Positions 1-8,548 of a DNA stretch of 29,308 nucleotides are shown piece by piece. The stretch spans positions 1 through 29,308 of the IMG/VR virus record IMGVR_UViG_3300025943_000006. One strand, 5' to 3'. Numbering within the stretch: position 1 is the stretch's first letter; each line of letters starts with the position of its first letter. Both the position numbers and the translations under genes were made by a program. Under the pieces are notes generated by a model, which searched no databases, was not told the DNA's origin, and saw only the letters and a list, made by a program, of their open reading frames with translations. Origin of the DNA: a virus (Duplodnaviria > Caudoviricetes).

Positions 1-203
1 CAAGATTTTCACGCACGCCCTAAATTTTGAAATTCGGTCTATGATTTCAGAAACACTTTAAAACCTTACGATAATCAAAAATACAGGAAGAAAAGGGTTT
101 AAAAGGGTTGAGGTTTTAGGCAGCTTGAATCTACTACAAAGGGATAGAACATGATTAAAATGGATTCAAACCGTTGGTACTATTGAGCTTAAAGCCGAAA
201 AAG

Positions 204-225
204 ATTTTGCCACCAGCGGCAAAAT
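204..225. promoter_or_regulatory. 8-bp inverted repeat (ATTTTGCC-accagc-GGCAAAAT), possible operator upstream of RepL-like gene
   Basis: Perfect inverted repeat 204-211/218-225, ending 18 nt before the ATG at 244. Function inferred. Confidence 0.4.
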
Positions 226-243
226 GCAGGAAGAAGATGGTAA

Positions 244-777
244 ATGGTGGGCAGAATTATTGTTGATGAAGAAACGGGGCAGATAGAAAGCAGGATGTTT
301 CCTGGCGATAGGATTTTAAGGGCAAAATCGCTTGAAGCATATAAAAAGAACGAGCAGAAACGCAAGTTAAACAATTCTATTGAACCGTTTGAATTGGAAA
401 ATTATTTCAAAGGGCATGTAAACGAAATAGTTAAACTAATGAAAGAGCTTTCTCAAAACGAGAGGGCTTTTTTGTTTTCTATCGCGCCATATGTCGGATA
501 TGAAGATTGTTGCCTTAAATATCCAAACGGCAGAGAGCTTGATTCAGAAGCTTTAGAAAAGATAACAGGGATGTCAACGAGGGCTTTATATCGTACGTTA
601 TCCGATTTAATTAAGAAAGACATTATTTACAAAGGCAAAAACAGTTATACCAGGCAATACTTTGTTAATCCATGGATATTTTGCAAGGGGCAACGGATCA
701 ATAAAGTTTTAAAAACTATGTTCAAAAACTACCGGGTGCGGGTGGCTGGCAATGTTAGATGGGGAGATTTGAAATAA
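244..777 (+). CDS. RepL-like winged-helix DNA-binding protein (177 aa)
   Basis: N-terminal VDEETGQI, HTH segment LEKITGMSTRALYRTLSDLIKKDII and wing YFVNPWIFCKG, typical of Firmicute RepL-like proteins. Confidence 0.7.
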   Translation: MVGRIIVDEETGQIESRMFPGDRILRAKSLEAYKKNEQKRKLNNSIEPFELENYFKGHVNEIVKLMKELSQNERAFLFSIAPYVGYEDCCLKYPNGRELDSEALEKITGMSTRALYRTLSDLIKKDIIYKGKNSYTRQYFVNPWIFCKGQRINKVLKTMFKNYRVRVAGNVRWGDLK

Positions 778-784
778 TTGATTT

Positions 785-842
785 TAACCCCGATCTAGTT
801 CGACGGGACGAAAAGCGGAACTCCACCGCCTGATCGGGGTTA
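785..842 (+). ncRNA. Structured three-way-junction leader RNA, copy 1
   Basis: P1 785-795/832-842 (11 bp), P2 GTTC/GGAC, junction GAAAA, P3 GCGG/CCGC with loop AACTCCA. Same architecture recurs at 14250-14296. Confidence 0.65.
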
Positions 843-876
843 TTAATTGGAGAAAATCATTAGGAGGATGATTGAT

Positions 877-1704
877 ATGATAACTGGCTATATTTATAAA
901 ATAACTTGTAAAACGAATGGGAAAGTTTATGTGGGGCAGACGTTAAGAAACATATCGATCAGATTCAAACAGCATATTAGATGCGCCGAAAACAGAACTG
1001 ATAATTATGTATTTCACAATGCGATTAGAAAACACGGGGCGGAAAACTTTTTTGTTGAAGAATTGGAACGTTACGAAGATGAAAACAAGGATTCGTTAAA
1101 GGCCGTATTGGATGAGGCCGAAAAAAGAATAATTAAACAATATGATAGCTTTAAAAGCGGATACAACAGCAATACCGGAGGCGTTTCATTTACAGGTTCA
1201 ATTGAAGATGAGGGATATATGATTCCAATTCACAAATCCGGAATAACAATAATTTCCGAAAGTGTTTTTCCCAAAGCCATGACCGATAGCGATATTGGCA
1301 AAATGACGCGATTAGCGAAGATGATGATAGCTAAAAACAATATGCTTGGATATCGCGGTAAAAGTAAAATCCTTCCATACACTGCTGAGGAGATCGGCGA
1401 TCTTGTCGGGTTAAAGAAAAGGCGTTCCCAGGGATTTGTTTCAAAAATGATTGGTCTTGGAATCATGTGTCGCGAAGATTCAAAAGACGAAACCCGGTAT
1501 TTCATCAACCCCGCCTATTTTATGGCAAATGGTCAACGATTATCAATTGATATGTTTATCAGATTTCAAAAAGAATTGATACCAATACTTCCCAAATGGG
1601 TTATAAATGAGTTTTTAAACCAAGTCAACAGATATAAAGACGTTTCCTTACTTCATAGTAATTTTAAAACCGCAATTAATCAAGTCAATCAAAAACAATC
1701 ATAA
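877..1704 (+). CDS. GIY-YIG endonuclease domain fused to a RepL-like winged-helix domain
   Basis: GYIYKIT..VYVGQT..RFKQH..EAE..GYN nuclease motifs; C-terminal AEEIGDLVGL..YFINPAYF. ATG 877 chosen over TTG 847 because AGGAGG (862-867) lies 9 nt upstream. Confidence 0.8.
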   Translation: MITGYIYKITCKTNGKVYVGQTLRNISIRFKQHIRCAENRTDNYVFHNAIRKHGAENFFVEELERYEDENKDSLKAVLDEAEKRIIKQYDSFKSGYNSNTGGVSFTGSIEDEGYMIPIHKSGITIISESVFPKAMTDSDIGKMTRLAKMMIAKNNMLGYRGKSKILPYTAEEIGDLVGLKKRRSQGFVSKMIGLGIMCREDSKDETRYFINPAYFMANGQRLSIDMFIRFQKELIPILPKWVINEFLNQVNRYKDVSLLHSNFKTAINQVNQKQS

Positions 1705-1716
1705 GGAGCTGATCAA

Positions 1717-3744
1717 ATGGATATTAATGTAATGTCCCCGGCGAGCGGGAGAATGTTAAAGGAGAGTGGTTCAACAGTGAATATTGCTGACTTATTGGCT
1801 TATATTGCAGGCGGGGCCGGTCAGGTGCTACCGGACAATTACAAATATGTCGGCAAAAATGGCGATGATACAGACGGTGATGGGAGCGCCAATTTACCTT
1901 ATCTGACGATTCAAAAAGCCATTGATGTATCAAGTTCCGGAACGGCTATTATGATTTTTCCTGGGACATATGCCGAAAATTTGGCATTAAAAGCTGGGGT
2001 TTATTTAACTTCACCGGTTAAATTTGGCGTTTATGTTACCGGAAATCATACGGCTGATTTTACCGGGACGGTTATTGTTGATGGTATTATATTACAATCG
2101 TCCACTGGCGTAACGCTAACATTTTCCGGAACCGGCGCTCAAAACCTCCAGATTCTTGGTGGATCAAGTGTAAATTCCGGGACTGGCGACGCTATTGTTT
2201 GGACTAACACTAACGCCAACTCAAAAATCTATTTTGAGGATGGGACTTGTAACGTCACTACGTCTGGGGCAACTGCGCGATGCTTTTATAGCACGACCGG
2301 CGCGGCTGGTTCCTTTATCGCTAACCGGGTGAGCTTTAAATTAAATACTGCCGGGGTCAATAATATCTGTTTAGCAATCGGAGGGGCGGTATCGTTCACA
2401 CATACTTCGGATACAATTTATGGCCAAGTTACGGTATCCAACACTGCATCAGCATTAATTGCGCTAGTTACGATGACCACCGGAACGGTTGCAGTTATCA
2501 CAACTAATTCGACCGGGACAGTTAGTTTGATAAATAACACTATTGTTACAACGGCCTCACCGGCAATAACTGGAGCAGGCGTTTTTTACGACGTTGCATT
2601 GCTTTATGCCAGTACCGGAGTTGGCGGGGCGGCTACACTAAACGATGGTTATGGGCCGATTAGTTTGCCAATGAGTAGCGTTAAATTACGGGCGGCTGAT
2701 TTAGTACCTGCCGGTCAAGTGGCGTTAGGTTTAAACGCCGGCGCTTTTGAATTTGATGGGACAAATTTGTATTTTACCGAGGGTACTTCGAGAACAGCAT
2801 TACGCAATACCGACCAATATTTAACGACTCAAAACAATAATACCATTTATGTCGATAATGGCCGGACTGATAGTTATACGCCGGACGGCAGCTTTACCAA
2901 ACCCTTTAAAGATTTGCAGGCGGCGCATGACGCAATTCCTGCTGGGACAAGCGCATCGAACATTTATGAAATCCGCGTAAAACTAGGGTTGCCCTATACA
3001 GGCGATCTGACGTTGACAAAAGATTTTATTACTATTGCAGGTGACGGCGGCGTTACAGGGGCCGGTTATCGTGGTACTGTTAATTCAACATCTCAACATT
3101 TGACCCTTCGTAATATCAATATTGTATCACCCTCAGTTATAAATCAAATAAGAGCGGGGCATTTTTTGCTCGAACTTAAAGATGTTCATTCTGGCGACGT
3201 TACGTGGAACATTCAAGCGACCGGAACAGATGCAGAAAAAAATGATTCTTACGTGCAGGTTTATGGGCACAATACTTTGTGGACAGGCGGCGCGATTAAT
3301 GTTACCGGAATAAGGGGCGGCGTGTATCTGACGGGCGGTGCCTACTATGGAATTCCGGCAATTAATATTACGGATAGTCTTTTTGACCCCGGATGCAGTT
3401 CCGTAGATAGCAATGTTTTAAATCTTGAAGCGGATTCCACAAGCGAGCTTATGAACATGAAAGCTGCAAGAAATACAGTACACGCTAAATCAGGTTCGAC
3501 CGTATATGCTGATATAACTGCGTTAGCTAATTTGGGCAATACGTTTGACCTGCAAGAAGGCAGTACGTTAATCCGAGTTTCCGATGCTCAAGTCTTAGCG
3601 GCTTTTGGGGCAATTAGTGGCGCGGCGGCGGGCGATATTTTTTACCTTGACGCTTCAAAAGACATTGTACGGCTGGCAGCTCCAACGGTTGCGAGCACCC
3701 TTCATCACGATGGAACAGCTCCTTCTTGGGTGGCGATTGGATAA
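1717..3744 (+). CDS. Virion spike/fibre-like protein with two pectin-lyase-like beta-helix modules (675 aa)
   Basis: Two beta-helix entry motifs (YVGKNGDDTDGDGSANLPYLTIQKAID; YVDNGRTDSYTPDGSFTKPFKDLQAAHD). Fibre-type motifs GAFEFDGTNLYFT and GDIFYLD..LAAP..APSW. Thr/Gly/Asn rich; SD AAGGAG. Confidence 0.6.
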   Translation: MDINVMSPASGRMLKESGSTVNIADLLAYIAGGAGQVLPDNYKYVGKNGDDTDGDGSANLPYLTIQKAIDVSSSGTAIMIFPGTYAENLALKAGVYLTSPVKFGVYVTGNHTADFTGTVIVDGIILQSSTGVTLTFSGTGAQNLQILGGSSVNSGTGDAIVWTNTNANSKIYFEDGTCNVTTSGATARCFYSTTGAAGSFIANRVSFKLNTAGVNNICLAIGGAVSFTHTSDTIYGQVTVSNTASALIALVTMTTGTVAVITTNSTGTVSLINNTIVTTASPAITGAGVFYDVALLYASTGVGGAATLNDGYGPISLPMSSVKLRAADLVPAGQVALGLNAGAFEFDGTNLYFTEGTSRTALRNTDQYLTTQNNNTIYVDNGRTDSYTPDGSFTKPFKDLQAAHDAIPAGTSASNIYEIRVKLGLPYTGDLTLTKDFITIAGDGGVTGAGYRGTVNSTSQHLTLRNINIVSPSVINQIRAGHFLLELKDVHSGDVTWNIQATGTDAEKNDSYVQVYGHNTLWTGGAINVTGIRGGVYLTGGAYYGIPAINITDSLFDPGCSSVDSNVLNLEADSTSELMNMKAARNTVHAKSGSTVYADITALANLGNTFDLQEGSTLIRVSDAQVLAAFGAISGAAAGDIFYLDASKDIVRLAAPTVASTLHHDGTAPSWVAIG

Positions 3745-4073
3745 TGTCAAAACAAACCGAATTTCAAACCGAGCTTGATAAATGGCAAGAGCTATTTGTT
3801 GCAACAACTCCCGAAACGCAGAAAGCCGCTGATGGGTTAGTCCAAAAGGCGGCTTTTCTACATTCAATTTGTTGGGAATTAGAACAAGCTATAGGTGTGT
3901 CTGGGGCAATTAAGATTCACCCGGAACATCCTGAGATTCAAAAGCAGGTTCCAGCCGTCAAGGAATATGCACGACTAACCGAGAGCTATGCGGCTATAGT
4001 CCACAAGCTTGACGGGATGCTTAATAAGGGAATGGCCGAGGATGAGGACGAGGATATGAAGGAATTTGAGTGA
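3744..4073 (+). CDS. terS: Terminase small subunit (109 aa)
   Basis: Helical protein with HPEHPEIQKQVPAVKEY and acidic tail, upstream of terL. ATG overlaps the previous stop (TAATG). Confidence 0.75.
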   Translation: MSKQTEFQTELDKWQELFVATTPETQKAADGLVQKAAFLHSICWELEQAIGVSGAIKIHPEHPEIQKQVPAVKEYARLTESYAAIVHKLDGMLNKGMAEDEDEDMKEFE

Positions 4074-4091
4074 GGGGGGAAAGACTCAAAC

Positions 4092-4118
4092 AAAAAAAGC
4101 CCACTATTTAGCAGACTT
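4092..4118 (-). terminator. Intrinsic terminator of RHH gene
   Basis: Minus strand AAGTCTGCT-AAAT-AGTGGGCTT followed by a T-tract; overlaps the stop codon. Confidence 0.55.
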
Positions 4119-4262
4119 TTTAAACATTTCGATTGACCTATCCAGTATTTTCGATATGGGTATTCCTGTTTCTTCCGAGTAAAGTTTTAACCATTCGTGC
4201 AATTCGGTTTTTATAGTGCTGGATAATGGGACTCTCGTTTTCAGACCTCTGTTTTCTGCCAT
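4104..4262 (-). CDS. Ribbon-helix-helix (RHH_3-like) transcriptional regulator (52 aa)
   Basis: RVPLSSTIKTELHEWLKLYSEETGIPISKILDRSIE fits beta-alpha-alpha RHH. Start at ATG 4262 with SD GAGGTGA. Confidence 0.8.
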   Translation of the reverse strand: MAENRGLKTRVPLSSTIKTELHEWLKLYSEETGIPISKILDRSIEMFKKSAK

Positions 4263-4280
4263 ATTTATCACCTCTTGTTT

Positions 4281-4332
4281 AGTATAACACTTCAACAAAG
4301 ATATTGCAACTGCATGAAGTTTGTGTTATAAT
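4281..4332. promoter_or_regulatory. Back-to-back sigma-A promoters sharing one palindromic -35 (TTGCAA 4304-4309)
   Basis: Plus: TTGCAA-17 nt-TATAAT (4327-4332). Minus: TTGCAA-17 nt-TATACT (4286-4281). Both have TG of an extended -10. Confidence 0.8.
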
Positions 4333-4352
4333 AATTATGAGGTGGTAAGAAC

Positions 4353-5309
4353 ATGGAAAAGAGCTATACAGTTTACATGCACATTAACAAAACAAATGGT
4401 AAAAAGTATATAGGAATAACATGTAGAAAACCAGAAAAACGTTGGGATTGCGGAAACGGATATTTACGTAACGAACATTTTTATAAAGCAATTAAAAAAT
4501 ATGGTTGGGATAAGTTTGAACATAAAATATTGGCCGATTCTCTGAGCGAAGCCGATGCGGCGAAAATGGAATGTGATCTAATAGCGTTCCATCGTTCTAT
4601 TGACCCAAAGTTCGGATATAACAAAACAACGGGTGGCGAAGCAGGAAAGGAATTTTCGGAAGAAACCATTAGAAAAATGAGTGAAGCTCAACACGGATCT
4701 AAAAACCATTTATTTGGTGTAAGCCCTTCAAAGGAAACGAGAGCAAAGATCAGCGCGGCACTTCAAGGAAAAAAAGTTTCCGAAGAAACCAGAAAAAAGT
4801 TAAGCCGTTCTTTGGCGGGTAAACGCGCCGGAGAAAAACATCCATTGTTTGGGAAAACCCGATCGAAAGAAACCAAACAGAAAATTAGCAATTCGCGCAT
4901 TAACAAATATACCGGGAGCAGTAATTCTTTTTACGGAAGGAAACACTCTAAAGAAACGATTGCAAAAATGAAAGAAATTAAGATGGGAAAATATAGCGGA
5001 AACAAAAATCCAATGTTTGGGAAACGTCGTTCGGAAAACACCCTCAAGAAAATGAGCCTTGCTAAAGTCGGAAAGTACGCCGGGCGCAACAACCAAAAAG
5101 CTAATACGGTCATTAACTTGGACACATGCAAAATTTTTACTACCATTAAAGAAGCAAGTGAATTTTGCGGGGTATCTCCTGCTGGTGTTTCGGCTTGTTG
5201 CCGAGGCAAACAAAAATCAGCTGGCAAACATCCCGAAACTGTTGAACCCTTGCATTGGATGTACTATGAAGATTATCTGAAAATACACAATTTGAAAGAG
5301 GGCGCTTAA
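4353..5309 (+). CDS. Free-standing GIY-YIG homing endonuclease with NUMOD3 repeats and C-terminal NUMOD1-like HTH
   Basis: YTVYMHIN..KYIGIT..RW..E..GYN; six SxETxxK[MIL]S-like repeats; C-terminal FTTIKEASEFCGVSPAGVSACCRG. Confidence 0.9.
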   Translation: MEKSYTVYMHINKTNGKKYIGITCRKPEKRWDCGNGYLRNEHFYKAIKKYGWDKFEHKILADSLSEADAAKMECDLIAFHRSIDPKFGYNKTTGGEAGKEFSEETIRKMSEAQHGSKNHLFGVSPSKETRAKISAALQGKKVSEETRKKLSRSLAGKRAGEKHPLFGKTRSKETKQKISNSRINKYTGSSNSFYGRKHSKETIAKMKEIKMGKYSGNKNPMFGKRRSENTLKKMSLAKVGKYAGRNNQKANTVINLDTCKIFTTIKEASEFCGVSPAGVSACCRGKQKSAGKHPETVEPLHWMYYEDYLKIHNLKEGA

Positions 5310-5322
5310 AGCGTTCTTTTTT
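5295..5322 (+). terminator. Intrinsic terminator overlapping the endonuclease stop, directly before terL
   Basis: AAAGAGGGCGCT-TAA-AGCGTTCTTTTTT. Confidence 0.6.
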
Positions 5323-7077
5323 ATGGAACGCGGTGATGCCTTGAAAACGGCGGAAGAGTTAAGACAAATTTACCCTAAGTCTTTTTTGCTTGAATATATC
5401 GAAAAATGTAAATCCGGTGAGATCCTAATTGGTCATGAACTTATGCAGCAACTTGATATGTTGCTTGAACATTTTGACGATCCTGACATAAAAATTGATT
5501 TCACCGATGGAAGCGTACGAATTAAATTTATACAAACTAAATGCAGACATTCAGAAGCCCCGCACGCGGGGAAACCGTTTGTCTTAGAATTGTTCCAAAA
5601 AGCTTTCATTGAGGCGATTTATGTCTTTGAAATTTACGATGATGAATTGCAGATGTGGGTTAGAAAATATCAAGAAGTATTGTTTCTGGTGGCAAGAAAA
5701 AACGGGAAAACCCCTCTTGTAAGTGCTTTGTGCTTGGCAGAATTTTTTTGCGGGGAACTTGGAACCAAGATTCTTTGTAGTAGTAATGACTACGAACAAG
5801 CAGATTTGGCATTTACTTCCATTAATTCCATGCGAGAACAAAGTCCGTCTTTGGAAAGGCTAACGCGCAAGAATATAAAAGGTATTTTCTTTGGCAATCC
5901 GAAAAAGCCTAAGAAAAAAGGGAAGTTTAGTTATGCTAACAAAGGCAACATTCGTAAAATATCAGCCAAGACTGGGGCGAAAGAGGGCAAGAACATCCGG
6001 GTCGGAATGTCCGATGAAGTCCACGAATTAAAAGACGATTCGGCAATCATGCCGATAAGACAGGCTTTGTCAACTCAAAACAATCCTTTATATTTCGAAT
6101 TAACAACCGAGGGCTTTATTGATGGGTATTTAGATGGTAGGTTGAAGGAAGCGCGGAGGGTTCTTGACAAAGAAATAGAACGTCCACGATGGCTTGTATG
6201 GCTTTATACGCAAGATGGCGGAGAATCAGAGGTGTTTCAAAACGAAACAAGTTGGGTAAAGTCTAATCCGGGGCTTGGTGTTATAAAAAAAATGTCGTTT
6301 CTTAGGCAAATGCTTGAAGAATCGAAGGAAAACATTGGAACAAGAAATTTTGTATTGAATAAGGATTTTAATATAAAGATAAACTCCAGTACCACAGCGT
6401 TTTCACCGGAAGTTTATATTAACGAAGCGACATTCAATCCTAACGATTTTACCGGGTGCGTGGCAATAGGCGGCGTTGATTTGGCTTTGACAACTGATCT
6501 TTGTAATGCTCGTTTGATGTTTATGAGACGAGGCGACACAATCAAATATATGCTAACTCAATATTTTATTCCCGAAACCAAACTTGATATCAAAGACGAT
6601 GGCAAGGATTATCGTGAATGGAAAGAACAAGGGATGGTTACGGTATCGGAGGGGAACGACAACGATTTTTCGCTGATTACTGAATGGTTTGTTAAAACTT
6701 TCAATCAATACAAGCTACGCCCCTATAAGATATTTTATGATAACGCCTTAGCTAAATTTTGGGTCAAAGAAATGGAGGAGGTTTTTAATGATGTAGATCA
6801 AACAACCATGGAAATGGTTAGACAAAATTTCAATACATTATCAAACCCGTTTAATTTGTTGGGAGCTGATTTGCGAAGCAAACACATTAATTATCAAAAC
6901 AATCCAATAGATCGTTGGTGCCTTGGCAACGTCGCAATGGCAACTGACAAGCAATATAGAATTATGCCATGTAAGCCGAAACCGGATAAAAAAATTGATG
7001 GAGTTGCCACTATGGTTAACTGTTTATATGGATTTCAAATTTATAAAAACGAGTATCTAGCTTACGTCAATAGTTGA
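5323..7077 (+). CDS. terL: Terminase large subunit (Terminase_1, cos/HK97 type)
   Basis: Adenine-binding LELFQ, Walker A VARKNGKT, Walker B MSDEVHE, nuclease GGVDLA and KIDG. True start may be TTG 5341. Confidence 0.96.
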   Translation: MERGDALKTAEELRQIYPKSFLLEYIEKCKSGEILIGHELMQQLDMLLEHFDDPDIKIDFTDGSVRIKFIQTKCRHSEAPHAGKPFVLELFQKAFIEAIYVFEIYDDELQMWVRKYQEVLFLVARKNGKTPLVSALCLAEFFCGELGTKILCSSNDYEQADLAFTSINSMREQSPSLERLTRKNIKGIFFGNPKKPKKKGKFSYANKGNIRKISAKTGAKEGKNIRVGMSDEVHELKDDSAIMPIRQALSTQNNPLYFELTTEGFIDGYLDGRLKEARRVLDKEIERPRWLVWLYTQDGGESEVFQNETSWVKSNPGLGVIKKMSFLRQMLEESKENIGTRNFVLNKDFNIKINSSTTAFSPEVYINEATFNPNDFTGCVAIGGVDLALTTDLCNARLMFMRRGDTIKYMLTQYFIPETKLDIKDDGKDYREWKEQGMVTVSEGNDNDFSLITEWFVKTFNQYKLRPYKIFYDNALAKFWVKEMEEVFNDVDQTTMEMVRQNFNTLSNPFNLLGADLRSKHINYQNNPIDRWCLGNVAMATDKQYRIMPCKPKPDKKIDGVATMVNCLYGFQIYKNEYLAYVNS

Positions 7078-7086
7078 GGTGATTTA

Positions 7087-7257
7087 ATGAAAAAGTTTGT
7101 AAAAAATTGGATTGATGTCATGCTCCTATTGGCGGGTATGACTTTTCTGATTCTTGGGGTATTTTTAATTTACATTCCGGCTGGTTTTATTATATTGGGC
7201 CTTTGTTTCGCTGCAATGGCCTTTTTGATTGCCAAAAAGCAAGCGACAAGGGGGTGA
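7087..7257 (+). CDS. Small two-helix membrane protein between terL and portal (56 aa; not in ORF track)
   Basis: MKKFVKNWIDVMLLLAGMTFLILGVFLIYIPAGFIILGLCFAAMAFLIAKKQATRG with SD GAGGTGA. Usual position of DUF1056-like genes in Firmicute HK97-like phages. Confidence 0.8.
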   Translation: MKKFVKNWIDVMLLLAGMTFLILGVFLIYIPAGFIILGLCFAAMAFLIAKKQATRG

Positions 7258-7261
7258 TTGA

Positions 7262-8494
7262 TTGCTATTAGATGCTTTGTTTAAAAAAGATCCGGGCGGC
7301 TTGCAGTATGCTCAAATGTTGTCGGGTAACACACCAATTTTTAGTCAATATGGAAATAATATTTACAGCTATGACATTGTAAACGAATGTGTAGACTGTA
7401 TCGCGTCAGAGTTAAGCAAATTGCAGCCGCGACACATTAGGCGCGACCCGGCGACCGGCAAGCTATTAAAACCGGCAACGGATACCATTAACAGACTGCT
7501 AAAAAAGCCGAATAAACTTATGAACATTAAGGATTTTATTGAGAAAGTAATTTGGACATTATATTTAAATTCCAATGCATTTATTTATCCGACTTATGAC
7601 ATTGTAACCGACGCGCGGGGATTAAAAAGCCGAGTTTATACAGGGTTTTGGCCACTTAACCCCACCCAAGTTGATTTTTTAGAGGATGGAGCCGGGGAAT
7701 TATTTATAAAGATGACATTCGGTAGCGGTAAAAACACGACCCTACCTTATGCTGATGTTATTCATTTGCGAAAAAAATATTCCATCAATGACATTTTAGG
7801 CGGCAGCATATCGGGTAATGTCGACAATACAGCATTATTATCTACGCTTAGGATTAATGACGCGATACTGACCGGGACGGCGGCGAGCATTGCCATTAGC
7901 CAAGGCATTAAGGGCATTTTAAAGGTTAATACGGTCTTAGATGGTGACAAGCGTGAGGCGGAACGTAAGAGCTTTATGGATGCTATAGCTAAAGGCGACG
8001 GTATCGTTCCAATGGATTTTAAGGGCGATTTTGTGCCAGTTAATATTGACGCCAAAACGATTGACGCCGAGACGCTAAAATTTGTGGAGAATAAGATCCT
8101 TCGCTGGTTTGGGGTGTCAGCTGCTATTTTAGACGGCGATTTTGCGGAAATTCAAGCACAATCATTTTACGAGAAAACGCTCGAACCAATAATACTTTCA
8201 CTTAATCAAGCGTTTAGTAATACGCTGTTTTCTTCAACAGAAGCGGCCCATGGCAATGAAATAGTTTTTTACTACAAAGAATTAATGTATTTGTCAACTA
8301 AAAGCAAAATTGAATTGATTCAAATTGCTGGCGATCAGGGCTTACTTACGATCAATCAAAAACTTAACATTTTAGGGTATCCTCCAATTGAAGGTGGCGA
8401 TGTTAGAACAATTAGCCTTAATCACATTTCCAGCGAAATTGCCGACGAGTACCAAATGAATAGATCAAAAACGACTAAGACAAACGATAAATAA
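7262..8494 (+). CDS. Portal protein, HK97 family
   Basis: 410 aa; CVDCIASELSKL, PNKLMN, NAFIY, WPLNP, DVIHLRK, LTINQKLNILGYPPIEGGD; position after terL. Confidence 0.95.
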   Translation: MLLDALFKKDPGGLQYAQMLSGNTPIFSQYGNNIYSYDIVNECVDCIASELSKLQPRHIRRDPATGKLLKPATDTINRLLKKPNKLMNIKDFIEKVIWTLYLNSNAFIYPTYDIVTDARGLKSRVYTGFWPLNPTQVDFLEDGAGELFIKMTFGSGKNTTLPYADVIHLRKKYSINDILGGSISGNVDNTALLSTLRINDAILTGTAASIAISQGIKGILKVNTVLDGDKREAERKSFMDAIAKGDGIVPMDFKGDFVPVNIDAKTIDAETLKFVENKILRWFGVSAAILDGDFAEIQAQSFYEKTLEPIILSLNQAFSNTLFSSTEAAHGNEIVFYYKELMYLSTKSKIELIQIAGDQGLLTINQKLNILGYPPIEGGDVRTISLNHISSEIADEYQMNRSKTTKTNDK

Positions 8495-8526
8495 TAGCAA
8501 TTAAATATCAGATAAAAAGCAACCGC

Positions 8527-8548
8527 TGACAAAGGAGTGACTTTGTTG
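8527..8548 (+). promoter_or_regulatory. Hairpin over RBS/start of GIY-YIG gene
   Basis: TGACAAAG-gagtga-CTTTGTTG encloses the SD and reaches the first base of GTG 8548. Confidence 0.45.

Noticed and set aside
785-842. Leader RNA as a hammerhead ribozyme, tRNA or terminator
   Set aside because: GAAA and CTGAT are present, but CTGAT is paired in P1 and absent from copy 2. No cloverleaf and no U-tract.
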